A model generated the notes under the pieces. It did not search any database. It was not told the origin of the DNA and saw only the letters and a program-made list of their open reading frames with translations. This document shows, in pieces, positions 52,577 to 62,579 of a stretch of 64,000 bases of DNA. The stretch covers positions 28,993-92,992 of the forward strand of contig CAVVVB010000017.1 of the NCBI GenBank assembly GCA_963751585.1. Direction: 5' to 3'. Source of the stretch: an uncultured Chloroflexia bacterium. Its GTDB lineage: Bacteria > Chloroflexota > Dehalococcoidia > GIF9 > UBA5629. The stretch's first letter is position 1. The number at the start of each line of letters is the position of its first letter. A program made the position numbers and the translations under genes.

Positions 52577-53818
52577 TTATCGTCCGGCAAAAACGCCTTC
52601 GGGGATGGGCGCCTCCCAGACGGTCTCCATCTTTCCATCCTTATAGATGGAGGCCCAATCGGCTCGGTAGGACATCCTATCGATTCCGTATATCGGCTTT
52701 CCTATCCACATGGCCTGTTTCCCATATATTCCCTGCCACTTGTACTGCGCAAAGCCTTCCATCCACGCCGTTGTGTCCATAGCGTTCTGCGTATTCAAAA
52801 ATTCGAAGAAGGGCTTAATGACATTATATAGTTGCGCCACGATGTCAACCGGCGGAGACCCGAATTTCTGCAAATACCTATTATACAGGTCACGATAGGC
52901 TGCGCTAACTATTTGAGACTCCGGGTTTACATCGTTAGTTACTATGTCAACCTGATACTTTAGCGGCACTACCTCTTCAACTGAGCCCGGGGGTGGCGGT
53001 GTCGGCATCCAGATAATTCCCTTGAAGCCGGCTTCGCGCAACTGCTTAACCAGGAGAGCGGCCAGCGTCCCCAGGTCCCCTGCCGTGAAGCTAGTATCTA
53101 TGATATCAGGGTTCTTGACCAGCACACGGGAGATGAAAGGCCCGAAGTCCTTGGTCTCAAAGGGGAACTTCTCCCAATCCAGCCAAGTGAAGCCGTAGAC
53201 TTTACACATCTGCTGAGCGGCTGCCAGAAACTGAGGCGCCTGGGCCTCATCAGGCGCCATGGTGACAACTGTCTTGGCGTTGGGGTAATATTTGGCAATG
53301 TAGGAAGCTCCGTTATTGAACATTTGCGGGATAGGCCCGCTGTAAAAGAATGTATAGGGCTTATTCGCACCCGTCATACTTGGTACCATAGGCGTAACGC
53401 CGAACATAATGATCTTATTCGGCTCGGTCACCGATTGTATGCCGATCGAATCACCGAGGAAAGGCCCGGCGATAACCTTTGCCCCGTCGTTAAATACCAT
53501 CTCTTCAGCAATAGACTTGCCAACCAAAAGGTCTCCTTTAGTGTCACGAACAAGCGCATTTATCGTATATTTTTGCCCAGCGATGGTAAGTCCGCCCTGT
53601 TTATTCTGGTCTTCAACCGCAATCAATACTGAGTTTTGCATGTTGGTACCAAGATGGGCCGCAGGTCCAGTCAGCGGAGTGGCAACTCCGACAGTAAATA
53701 CCTTGGCTTCCGGCGCAGGAGCCGGGCCGGTAGTTGAGGGTGCAGGCTTGGCACATCCCACCAGCGCTACGCCGATCACCAGCACTACCCCAATCACACC
53801 TAGCAAAACTTTCTTCAT
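52577..53818 (-). CDS. LivK-like solute-binding lipoprotein, paralogue 5
   Basis: Lipobox LVG|CAKP, then FTVGVATPLTGPAAHLG. The GAGGAGG-N9-ATG spacing is the same as for its paralogue at 31373. Confidence 0.85.
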   Translation of the reverse strand: MKKVLLGVIGVVLVIGVALVGCAKPAPSTTGPAPAPEAKVFTVGVATPLTGPAAHLGTNMQNSVLIAVEDQNKQGGLTIAGQKYTINALVRDTKGDLLVGKSIAEEMVFNDGAKVIAGPFLGDSIGIQSVTEPNKIIMFGVTPMVPSMTGANKPYTFFYSGPIPQMFNNGASYIAKYYPNAKTVVTMAPDEAQAPQFLAAAQQMCKVYGFTWLDWEKFPFETKDFGPFISRVLVKNPDIIDTSFTAGDLGTLAALLVKQLREAGFKGIIWMPTPPPPGSVEEVVPLKYQVDIVTNDVNPESQIVSAAYRDLYNRYLQKFGSPPVDIVAQLYNVIKPFFEFLNTQNAMDTTAWMEGFAQYKWQGIYGKQAMWIGKPIYGIDRMSYRADWASIYKDGKMETVWEAPIPEGVFAGR

Positions 53819-54153
53819 AATCAAATTACCTCCTCAAAAAATGAAAGCCTTCCTCAACTTCTAGACTCATGCCCGCATATACCACCCCCTCGGCCGATAC
53901 CGCAGAATCCAGTACACAATTGTAGCTGCTCCGAAGCAGCAACTCTGCTCCTCTGCCTTGAATGCCCAAATTCGGACAAATTATAGTGCCAGCTAACCGC
54001 CAAGTCAAATAGCTGTTCATTGACCAGGAGAAAAACGTAGTGCTATAATCCGTTAATACGGACTTGCAGATTCCAATGCGCGAAATCAACCTGTAAGCTA
54101 TGCCATGGAACTAGTTTAAACACAATAATAAAGGAGGAAGGAGAGTAAAAATA

Positions 54154-54612
54154 ATGGATTTGCAGGATTGTATCAAATTCGCCAATAAGAACAATGCGTG
54201 CGCCATCGCGACGCTAGAAGGAGACCAGCCACGGGTAAGGTTTGTAGAAGTGTGGCGCGCTGATAACACTGGCTTTTATTTCCAGACGGAATCTCCCAAA
54301 GCCTTCTATAAACAACTGAAGCGCAACCCTAACGTGGAGGTATGTTTTGTCATTCCGAAAGCCTTTCAACACGACGCCGCCAGTGATCCGACTGAGAAGA
54401 TGACCATGAGGCTGACAGGCAAAGTCGAATTCCTTGATGACAAAGCTATTAAGGCCGCATGTCTAAAAGCTAGACCGTTTCTAAAAGAGGCGGGAATAGA
54501 AACCCCTGATGACCCCAGACTGATCCTATTTCGGATACCCAAAGGAGAAATATTCTTCTGGTCGTTAGCAAACACCTGCCGGGAATCTGACATACCGAGA
54601 ATACGATTCTAG
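54154..54612 (+). CDS. Pyridoxamine 5'-phosphate oxidase-like FMN-binding split-barrel protein
   Basis: 152 aa with CAIATLEGDQPRVRFVEVWRADNTGFYFQT...NPNVEVCF. RBS AAGGAGGAAGGAG. Confidence 0.6.
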   Translation: MDLQDCIKFANKNNACAIATLEGDQPRVRFVEVWRADNTGFYFQTESPKAFYKQLKRNPNVEVCFVIPKAFQHDAASDPTEKMTMRLTGKVEFLDDKAIKAACLKARPFLKEAGIETPDDPRLILFRIPKGEIFFWSLANTCRESDIPRIRF

Positions 54613-54674
54613 GTATTCGGTTTGGCAGCGTAAGCTTAAGCTATGAGGCAATCGGTTCGAGGAATCTTCCTCTG

Positions 54675-54703
54675 TTGACATTTCGGCAGAAATTTCATAT
54701 TAT
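54675..54703 (+). promoter_or_regulatory. Sigma70-like promoter (TTGACA-17-TATTAT)
   Basis: TTGACA at 54675-54680 and TATTAT at 54698-54703, upstream of the S58-pan operon. Confidence 0.5.
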
Positions 54704-54844
54704 ATGAGTGCCATCGACCTTATAGAAGGCGGTGAGCAGTATTACGGAACAGAATAAAGTCCGCTTGGATCAGCGATGACCGAGACGGGAAATAGCCATG
54801 AGTTTATTAAGCCTTCTCGGCGATGCTGAGAAGGCTCTTTCTTT

Positions 54845-55819
54845 ATGGGGACGATGTTTAACGCCATAACCGATGTGCCGGGGATAAAGGTAGGGCATTA
54901 TACCAACAAAGATGCCGCTACCGGATGTTCTGTCGTTCTGTGCGAGACCGGGGCGGTAGCTGGAGTTGACGTTAGAGGTTCGGCCCCGGGTACCAGAGAA
55001 ACTGACGCCCTCCGCCCCATGAACCTCGTGGATAAAGCGCATGCTATTCTGCTTAGCGGTGGTACCGCGTTCGGGCTAGATGCTGCGGGAGGAGTGATGC
55101 GATACCTCGAGGAACATGGCTTTGGTTACGAAACTCTGGTAGCCAAAGTCCCCATCGTACCCGCGGCTATCATCTTCGACTTGAATATAGGCGATGCCAA
55201 GGTCAGACCCGGAATTGAGGAAGGCTACAAAGCTTGCCTGGCAGCTACCGATAAGGAGGTAGCCGAAGGCTGCGTCGGTGCCGGGACTGGCGCTACGGTA
55301 GGAAAAATTCTGGGACTAGGGCGAGCAGTCAAAAGCGGTTTGGGTACGGCTAGCTACAATCTAGCTGGCGGTCTGGTCGTCGCAGCGCTTGCCGTGGTCA
55401 ACGCCATCGGCGATGTAATTGACCATAAAACCGGCAAAATCATAGCAGGTGCTCGCAATCAAGACGGCAAAGGTTTTCTCAATACTGCCGAACTACTAGG
55501 CCAGAATCGAAGTTATAGAGCACATAGCCCGCTGCCACAAAACACGACACTAGGCGTGGTAGCTACCAATGCCAGCTTGAATAAGGAACAGGTGAATAAG
55601 CTGGCGCAGATGGCTCACGATGGCCTGGCTCGGGCTATTAATCCAAGCCACACTATGTATGATGGCGATACTATCTTTGCGCTGTCGTTAGGTAGTAGGA
55701 CAGGTGACCTCAACGTGTTAGGCACCATGGCGGCCGAAGCGATGTCCTATGCCATTGTCAGAGCAGTTCAACAAGCCGAAACATTAGCCGGGATACCAGC
55801 AGTTAGAGACCTTAAATGA
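54845..55819 (+). CDS. Peptidase family S58 / P1 (DmpA/BapA-like aminopeptidase)
   Basis: NAITDVPGIKVGHYTN...TGCSVVL, GGTAFGLDAA and NTTLGVVATNA. Confidence 0.8.
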   Translation: MGTMFNAITDVPGIKVGHYTNKDAATGCSVVLCETGAVAGVDVRGSAPGTRETDALRPMNLVDKAHAILLSGGTAFGLDAAGGVMRYLEEHGFGYETLVAKVPIVPAAIIFDLNIGDAKVRPGIEEGYKACLAATDKEVAEGCVGAGTGATVGKILGLGRAVKSGLGTASYNLAGGLVVAALAVVNAIGDVIDHKTGKIIAGARNQDGKGFLNTAELLGQNRSYRAHSPLPQNTTLGVVATNASLNKEQVNKLAQMAHDGLARAINPSHTMYDGDTIFALSLGSRTGDLNVLGTMAAEAMSYAIVRAVQQAETLAGIPAVRDLK

Positions 55820-56685
55820 AACACGAAAAGGCCGCAACTATAGGCTTCATAGGTGCCGGGACAACCGGCACCGCGCTGGCGGTAAGGCTGGCTCAGCACG
55901 GATACACGATTATGGCTGTATCAAGTCGAAGCTTGACCTCCGCAAAAACGCTGGCTAGGCGAATAACTAACTGTGGAGTTTACAATTCGCCTCAAGAGCT
56001 AGCCAATGTAGCTCAACTTGTGTTTATCACCACTCCAGACGATGCTATTTCAAACGTTGTCGATGCAATACAATGGCGTCGCGGGCAAAGCGTGATTCAC
56101 TGCAGCGGAGCACATTCGGTTGATATTCTGGAATCAGCAAACCAGCAAGGAGCCTATACCGGCTGCTTTCATCCATTACAGACTTTTGCCAGCGTTGACC
56201 AGGCTATAGAGAATATGCCCGGTTCTACATTTGCCATCGAAGCTGAAGAGCCATTGTTATCGATACTTAAGGAGATGGCGATATCCTTAAAGGGCGACTG
56301 GGTGGTCCTCAAGGCGGGCGATAAAGTGCTTTACCACGTGGCAGCGGTCTTTGCCTGCAACTATCTGGTAACTGTAGTCAAGTTGGCCACGGACTTGTGG
56401 CAGACTTTCGGCGTATCAACGACACAATCAACCAAAGCACTTATGCCCCTCTTACGCGGTACATTAGGCAATATTGAAAACATCGGCTTACCTAACTGTT
56501 TGACCGGCCCGATCGCCCGGGGTGATCTGGGCACCATAAGCAGGCATCTGGAATCACTAGAGAGCCAAGCTCCGGCACTACTTCATGTCTACAAGGAGCT
56601 GGGGCAGCAGACTATACCTATTTCCCTGGCTAAGGGAAAAATCGACTCCAAAAGAGCAAAACAGCTGCAAGCTTTATTGAAATAG
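55816..56685 (+). CDS. Rossmann-fold plus DUF2520-like protein, candidate PanG-type ketopantoate reductase
   Basis: IGFIGAGTTGTALAVRL. The start overlaps the upstream stop (ATGA), and panD-panB-panC follow. The PanG assignment is inferred from context. Confidence 0.55.
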   Translation: MKHEKAATIGFIGAGTTGTALAVRLAQHGYTIMAVSSRSLTSAKTLARRITNCGVYNSPQELANVAQLVFITTPDDAISNVVDAIQWRRGQSVIHCSGAHSVDILESANQQGAYTGCFHPLQTFASVDQAIENMPGSTFAIEAEEPLLSILKEMAISLKGDWVVLKAGDKVLYHVAAVFACNYLVTVVKLATDLWQTFGVSTTQSTKALMPLLRGTLGNIENIGLPNCLTGPIARGDLGTISRHLESLESQAPALLHVYKELGQQTIPISLAKGKIDSKRAKQLQALLK

Positions 56686-56704
56686 ACAAAATAAGGAGGC
56701 AGAA

Positions 56705-57097
56705 ATGAGAACTATGCTCAAAAGCAAAATCCACCGAGCCCGGGTGACCGGATGTAATGTGGGCTACGAAGGCAGCATAACCGTCGACAAGGATTTGGTT
56801 GAGGCAGCCGATTTATTCCCCTACGAGCAGGTAAACATCTTGAACGTCAACAACGGTGCTAGATTTCACACCTATGTGCTCGAAGGCGAAAGGGGATCAG
56901 GGGAAATCTGCCTTAACGGTGCTGCCGCCAGATTAGTGGCCAAAGGTGACATAGTCATCATTCTGTCCTATCAAATACTAAACGATGACGAAGCTACTAC
57001 AGCTGCCCCCACACTGGTATATGTCAATTCGGAAAACCATATTATCGATATCAAGGCTGACAAAAACTGGACAAGAGATCTGCTGTCGACAGTGTAA
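56705..57097 (+). CDS. panD: Aspartate 1-decarboxylase (pyruvoyl-dependent)
   Basis: MRTMLKSKIHRARVTGCNVGYEGSITVD, with the G24/S25 self-cleavage site. Confidence 0.93.
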   Translation: MRTMLKSKIHRARVTGCNVGYEGSITVDKDLVEAADLFPYEQVNILNVNNGARFHTYVLEGERGSGEICLNGAAARLVAKGDIVIILSYQILNDDEATTAAPTLVYVNSENHIIDIKADKNWTRDLLSTV

Positions 57098-57134
57098 ACG
57101 ATTATCCGTTCGTTAGACACGAGGAGAGTTAAAA

Positions 57135-57968
57135 ATGCGGGTGAGTATTAATGAAATAAAGGAGATGAAAACCAAGAAAGAGAATATCCCCATGCTTACC
57201 GCCTATGACTATTCCACCGCTAAATTGGTGGACGAAGCCGGCGTACCACTGATTTTGGTAGGTGACAGCCTAGGCATGGTGATGCTCGGCTATGAATCAA
57301 CCATTCCCGTAACTATGGATGAAATGATTCATCATACCAAGGCTGTGGTCAGAGGCACCAAACGGGCACTGGTGGTAGGCGACATGCCTTTTATGACCTA
57401 TCATACAAATATTTCTGATACGTTGCGTAATGCAGCACGATTTATTCAGGAAGCAGGTGCGCAAGCAGTTAAGCTAGAAGGTGGATTGACAGTCGCCGAA
57501 ACGGTTAGGCGGATTGTAGAATGCGGAATACCGGTAATGGGACACATCGGACTTACGCCGCAATCTATCAATCAACTCGGCGGCTACAAGACTCAGGGAA
57601 AGACGCCCGAGGCGGCAGCGCGATTGCTACAAGATGCTCAAGCACTCGAACAAGCCGGGGCCTTTGCCATTGTTCTGGAACTTGTGCCAGCGCCACTTGC
57701 CAAGTTGATCACCCAGAAGTTGAGTATTCCTACTATTGGCATAGGCGCTGGACCTGATTGTGACGGTCAGGTGCAGGTGATCAGCGATCTATTGGGCATA
57801 TTTTCTGACTTTGTGCCGAAACATGCTAAACAGTATGCCAAGCTAGCTGTCACTATCAGGGCTGCTCTCGCTGACTATATCGCCGAGGTCAAAACAGGTA
57901 GCTTCCCAACAGAGGAGCATAGCTCCAGGATGGATGAGAGATTACTGGAACAACTAGCGCGGGCTTGA
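57135..57968 (+). CDS. panB: 3-methyl-2-oxobutanoate hydroxymethyltransferase
   Basis: [34 protein letters not shown]...VGDMPF...KLEGG. Confidence 0.93.
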   Translation: MRVSINEIKEMKTKKENIPMLTAYDYSTAKLVDEAGVPLILVGDSLGMVMLGYESTIPVTMDEMIHHTKAVVRGTKRALVVGDMPFMTYHTNISDTLRNAARFIQEAGAQAVKLEGGLTVAETVRRIVECGIPVMGHIGLTPQSINQLGGYKTQGKTPEAAARLLQDAQALEQAGAFAIVLELVPAPLAKLITQKLSIPTIGIGAGPDCDGQVQVISDLLGIFSDFVPKHAKQYAKLAVTIRAALADYIAEVKTGSFPTEEHSSRMDERLLEQLARA

Positions 57969-57974
57969 ACACGC

Positions 57975-58808
57975 ATGCGCATAGCTAAGACCGTAGCCGA
58001 GATGAAAGCCTTGAGGTTAAAAAGCCTCGGCTCGGTAGGTTTTGTGCCCACTATGGGCTACCTTCACGACGGGCACCTGGTATTAGTCAAACAAGCTAGA
58101 GCCGAGACCTCGATTGTGGTAGCCAGTATCTTTGTCAATCCCACCCAGTTTGGTCCAACTGAAGACTTTGAAACTTATCCCAGAGACACGGAGCGGGACC
58201 TCGCATTACTGGAAAAAGAGAAAACCGACATCGTATTCATGCCTTCCGTCACAGAAATGTACCCGGATGGTTTCAGCAGCTGGATAGAGGTGGGACAGAT
58301 CACGGAACGACTCGAAGGCCAGTGCCGTCCGGGGCATTTCAAGGGAGTGACTACTGTGGTTGCCAAACTTTTCAATATCGTCGAGCCCACACGCGCTTAT
58401 TTCGGCCAGAAAGATGCGCAGCAAGCGCTGGTAATAAAGAAGATGGTGGCTGACCTAGGTATGAATCTAGAAGTCGTAGTAGTGCCTACTGTTCGGGAAA
58501 GTGATGGGGTTGCCATGAGCAGTCGCAATATTTACTTGAATCCCCACGAGCGCCAAGCGGCTACTGTCTTGTTTAAGGCTCTCACCCTGGCTCAGAACTT
58601 GCAGCAGCAAGGCGAGAGAAATGCTGACACCATACGTCAAAAGATGGATTCACTAATCAAGAAGGAACCGCTGGCCAGTATTGAGTACATCAGCATTGCT
58701 GACACACATACATTGGAGGAGATGTCAAAGACCGACCAACCCGCATTAGTTTCTCTGGCAGTCCGAATCGGCAAAATCAGACTCATAGACAATCTGATTC
58801 TGCAGTAA
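57975..58808 (+). CDS. panC: Pantoate--beta-alanine ligase
   Basis: GFVPTMGYLHDGHLVLV, SIFVNPTQFG, YFGQKDAQQ and MSSRN. Confidence 0.93.
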   Translation: MRIAKTVAEMKALRLKSLGSVGFVPTMGYLHDGHLVLVKQARAETSIVVASIFVNPTQFGPTEDFETYPRDTERDLALLEKEKTDIVFMPSVTEMYPDGFSSWIEVGQITERLEGQCRPGHFKGVTTVVAKLFNIVEPTRAYFGQKDAQQALVIKKMVADLGMNLEVVVVPTVRESDGVAMSSRNIYLNPHERQAATVLFKALTLAQNLQQQGERNADTIRQKMDSLIKKEPLASIEYISIADTHTLEEMSKTDQPALVSLAVRIGKIRLIDNLILQ

Positions 58809-58810
58809 AA

Positions 58811-60040
58811 TCACTCACGCACCAGCACTAACAGCCCAATCATTGCCAGAAATGCTAGGCTGGCTCCAAAGTAAAATGGCGCCGCCGGACTAATAGCTTG
58901 CCACAGCCAGCCAGCAATCACGCTGGCTGGCAAAAGAGCAATACCAACGATGCCGTGAAAAAGACCGTAAGCCGTGCCCCGTCGTTCCACTGGAACCAAA
59001 TCAGCGACAAAGGCTCGAGCTACCCCCTCGGTAAACCCGTAATAAACCCCATAAAGAGCAAAAAGCAGCCATATAGACCACGAAGCTGAAACCAAGCCAA
59101 AACCAAGATAACTGAGAGCATAGACCAGCCAGCCCAGGACGATGAGTCGTCGCCTGCCTAGCTTGTCCGAGACTACTCCCGCGGGAACCGACACTACTGA
59201 GTAGACAATGTTGAACAAGACCAGCATCAAAAGTATATAGAATACTGGATGGCCCAGGTTTTGTGCCCGCAGAACAAGAAAAGCGTCGCTAGAATTACCT
59301 AACGTGAACAAAAACATTATGCCGAGAAAGATTTTGAAGCGAGTGTCAAAGCCAGCCTTGCTACCTTCAGAACGCTCATCAGCACGCCCGGATCGATTCT
59401 GTTTCCTCAGCTCTTTCTTGGTTTCGCGAACAAAGAAAAAGATGAATAACGCGAACACCGCTGGTATGATGCCAATCAACACAAGCCATTGATAAGTATT
59501 CCTGGCCAGATCCAATGTACCTCTTTGTAGGAAGAAAACGACCGCAGCTGCGGCAATAATCCCGAGCGCAGCCCCAGAGGTATCCATAGCACGATGGAAT
59601 CCAAAGCTCCGCCCTCTTTCGCCAGGCGATACAGAATCGGCAACCAGAGCATCCCTTGGTGCAGTCCGTATTCCTTTGCCAAATCTATCGGCAAATCTCA
59701 CACCGAGTACCACTCCCCACGCCGTGGCTATATACATAAAAGGTTTAGCCACCGTAGATAGCCCATATCCTATGATTGCTAGAGATTTACGCTTGCCCGA
59801 CCTATCGCTAAGCCAACCACTTAGTATTCTGAGCAAAGAGGCCGTACTCTCGGCTATCCCCTCAACAAGACCAATGACAACAGTAGCTACGCCCAAAATG
59901 TTGGCAAGGAATAAAGGAAGAAGCGTGAAAATCATTTCACTGCTGATGTCGTTCAGGAAGCTCACAAGGCCTAGAAAGAATACGTTCCTGTTCAGGCCCA
60001 TTATGCGTTTTTGTCTAGGGACTTCTAGCTGTGTACTCAT
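58811..60040 (-). CDS. MFS transporter
   Basis: About 12 TM segments with the loop motif GWLSDRSGKRK. It converges on panC with a 2-nt gap. Confidence 0.8.
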   Translation of the reverse strand: MSTQLEVPRQKRIMGLNRNVFFLGLVSFLNDISSEMIFTLLPLFLANILGVATVVIGLVEGIAESTASLLRILSGWLSDRSGKRKSLAIIGYGLSTVAKPFMYIATAWGVVLGVRFADRFGKGIRTAPRDALVADSVSPGERGRSFGFHRAMDTSGAALGIIAAAAVVFFLQRGTLDLARNTYQWLVLIGIIPAVFALFIFFFVRETKKELRKQNRSGRADERSEGSKAGFDTRFKIFLGIMFLFTLGNSSDAFLVLRAQNLGHPVFYILLMLVLFNIVYSVVSVPAGVVSDKLGRRRLIVLGWLVYALSYLGFGLVSASWSIWLLFALYGVYYGFTEGVARAFVADLVPVERRGTAYGLFHGIVGIALLPASVIAGWLWQAISPAAPFYFGASLAFLAMIGLLVLVRE

Positions 60041-60194
60041 TTAGATATAGCCAAAAAGTATAACAACTTTGCTAGTATCTCGCTCCAGACTTTCCCTATT
60101 TAAGGGCTAAGCTTGAATTGAGCTAAGCGGAAATTGACCGAAGGTGCTTTTTTTGCTAAACTTCTGCTTTGGTTAGCTAGGTAGGGAAACACAG

Positions 60195-60644
60195 ATGTCG
60201 GATGAATTGGCTAAGATAGCAGCCGAATATAAGGGGGAAAGAGGAGCACTAATTCCAATATTGCAAAAAGTCCAAGAAAAATTCGGTTACCTTTCGGAAA
60301 AAGCAATCGCCGAAATAGCTAAAGCTTCTCGAATGTCAGAGAGCGAGGTTTTTGGGGTTGCTTCTTTTTATGCCCAGTTCTATTTCAGCCGACGTGGCCA
60401 GCACACTGTAAAAGTCTGTTTAGGCACCGCTTGCCACGTACGCGGGGGCGAGAAAATTCTGGATGAAATTAAGAGAGAACTTAGTGTCGACTCGGCAGGC
60501 ACGACAGAAGATTATAAATTCAGTTTGGAGAGGGTAGCTTGCTTCGGTTCCTGTGCCTTGGCTCCGGTGCTGGTCATAGACAAAGATGTCTATGGCCGGA
60601 TGACAGTTGCCAAGTCAAAAGAGACTCTAAACAAATATAGATAA
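60195..60644 (+). CDS. NuoE/HydC-like [2Fe-2S] subunit of an NAD(P)-linked formate dehydrogenase/hydrogenase module
   Basis: CLGTACHVRG...CFGSCALAP. Confidence 0.88.
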   Translation: MSDELAKIAAEYKGERGALIPILQKVQEKFGYLSEKAIAEIAKASRMSESEVFGVASFYAQFYFSRRGQHTVKVCLGTACHVRGGEKILDEIKRELSVDSAGTTEDYKFSLERVACFGSCALAPVLVIDKDVYGRMTVAKSKETLNKYR

Positions 60645-60656
60645 AGCATAGGCATC

Positions 60657-62567
60657 ATGACTTTTGAGAGTATCCAAAAAAAAGCAATCGTAGAGTGGGA
60701 GGCGCTGCAATCAAGCGATAAGCCGCGACTTCTGGTAGGTGCCGGCACCTGTGGTAATGCAGCCGGGGCTATGGATGTCCTCAAGGCTATTAATGAAGAA
60801 CTAGCAAATGAAAATATCGAAGCCTCCGTAATCCAGGTTGGCTGCATGGGTCTTTGTTTTGCTGAGCCTATGGTCGGCATAATTAAGCCGGGACACCCAC
60901 AGATCATCTATGGCAATCTAACGCCTGAGAATGCCATCCAGATTGTCAAAGGCTATTTGGTAAATGGCAACCCTCGAGCTGACTTGGCTCTAGGTTACGT
61001 TGGTGATGGAAAAGCTGATGGTATTGCCAACTTGTTCGAACTGCCAGTGCTCAAACCACAGGTACGAGTTATCCTGCACAACTGCGGTTTTATCGATCCC
61101 GAGAACATAAACCACTACATCGCGAACGGTGGCTACAGCGGCTTGGTCAAGGCGTTGCAGATGTCACCGGAAGCAATAATTGAAGAGATCAAGAAATCAG
61201 GCTTGCGCGGCAGAGGCGGCGCCGGTTTCTCGACAGGACAGAAATGGGATTTTTGCCGGAAGGCACCAGGAAAGGAAAAATACATTATCTGTAATGCTGA
61301 TGAAGGAGACCCGGGCGCTTTCATGAACCGCTCGCTACTGGAAGGTGACCCCCATTCAGTGCTCGAGGGAATGGCTATCGGTGCGTACGCCATAGGGGCA
61401 AGCCAGGGGTATATCTACTGTCGCGCCGAATATCCGTTGGCTCTGGAACGACTGCGACTAGCTTTACGGCAAATGGAAGAATATGGATTTATCGGAGACA
61501 ATATACTTGGCTCTGGCTTCGATCTTCATATAAAGGTTAAGGAGGGAGCAGGAGCTTTCGTTTGCGGAGAAGAAACAGCTTTGATGGCCTCGATAGAAGG
61601 TAAGCGGGGAATGCCTCGTGCACGCCCTCCGTTTCCAGCGATAGCGGGATTATGGGGCAAGCCGACAAATATCAACAACGTAGAAACTTGGGCAAATACG
61701 GCACGTATCTTACAAAAGGGCAGCGAATGGTATGCCCTGAATGGCTCCGAGAAAAGTAAGGGTACAAAGACTTTCGCCCTGGTAGGGAAGATAGAGCGCA
61801 CCGGGCTTATCGAAGTCCCCTTGGGCATCACTTTGCGTCAAATAATCTACGAGATAGGCGGTGGTATTCTCAAAGGCAAGGAGTTCAAAGCCGTACAGAC
61901 CGGAGGCCCCTCAGGAGGATGTCTACCGCCGTCAATGCTGGATTCGCCTGTTGACTATGAATCGTTGGCCGCTGCCGGCTCAATCATGGGCTCTGGCGGC
62001 ATGATTGTTGCTGATGAAGATACTTGCATGGTTGACCTGACACGGTACTTTCTCACTTTCACGCAGGCTGAATCATGCGGCAAATGTACACCCTGTAGAG
62101 TTGGTACACGGCAAATGCTGGGCATTCTGGAGCGCATCACCCGAGGTGAAGGCAAAACCGGAGATATAGAACAACTTGAGCGGATAGCCACTACGGTGAA
62201 GCAAGGTTCACTGTGCGGCTTAGGCCAGACTGCCCCCAACCCCGTGCTGACCACAATCCGTTATTTTCACAAGGAATATGAAACTCACATTAACGAGAAG
62301 CGTTGCCCTGCCCTGGTGTGCAAAAATTTGATTTCTTTTTACGTTTTGCCTGACAAATGTCAAGGCTGCGGTATCTGCCTCCGTGCTTGCCCAGTAGAAG
62401 CAATCGGTGGAGGCAAACGACTAGTTCATGTCATCGACCAGAGTAAATGTATTAAATGCGGAACATGTGCGGACTTATGCCCACCACGCTTTGCTGCCAT
62501 ATCTAAGACATCGGGCGAACAGATAAAAGTCCCGCAGCAACCAGTACCTGTTGAGGCATCTTCCTGA
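60657..62567 (+). CDS. NuoF/HydB-like NAD(P)H/FMN-binding Fe-S subunit
   Basis: GLRGRGGAGFSTGQKW, ICNADEGDPGAFMNR, ESCGKCTPCR and the C-terminal CQGCGICLRACP/CIKCGTCADLCP. Confidence 0.9.
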   Translation: MTFESIQKKAIVEWEALQSSDKPRLLVGAGTCGNAAGAMDVLKAINEELANENIEASVIQVGCMGLCFAEPMVGIIKPGHPQIIYGNLTPENAIQIVKGYLVNGNPRADLALGYVGDGKADGIANLFELPVLKPQVRVILHNCGFIDPENINHYIANGGYSGLVKALQMSPEAIIEEIKKSGLRGRGGAGFSTGQKWDFCRKAPGKEKYIICNADEGDPGAFMNRSLLEGDPHSVLEGMAIGAYAIGASQGYIYCRAEYPLALERLRLALRQMEEYGFIGDNILGSGFDLHIKVKEGAGAFVCGEETALMASIEGKRGMPRARPPFPAIAGLWGKPTNINNVETWANTARILQKGSEWYALNGSEKSKGTKTFALVGKIERTGLIEVPLGITLRQIIYEIGGGILKGKEFKAVQTGGPSGGCLPPSMLDSPVDYESLAAAGSIMGSGGMIVADEDTCMVDLTRYFLTFTQAESCGKCTPCRVGTRQMLGILERITRGEGKTGDIEQLERIATTVKQGSLCGLGQTAPNPVLTTIRYFHKEYETHINEKRCPALVCKNLISFYVLPDKCQGCGICLRACPVEAIGGGKRLVHVIDQSKCIKCGTCADLCPPRFAAISKTSGEQIKVPQQPVPVEASS

Positions 62568-62579
62568 CGGGAACGAAGT

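Noticed and set aside
58806-58813. Convergent panC and MFS genes separated by only 2 nt, with no terminator hairpin.
   Set aside because: I noted it as tight packing only. Nothing further can be inferred from sequence.
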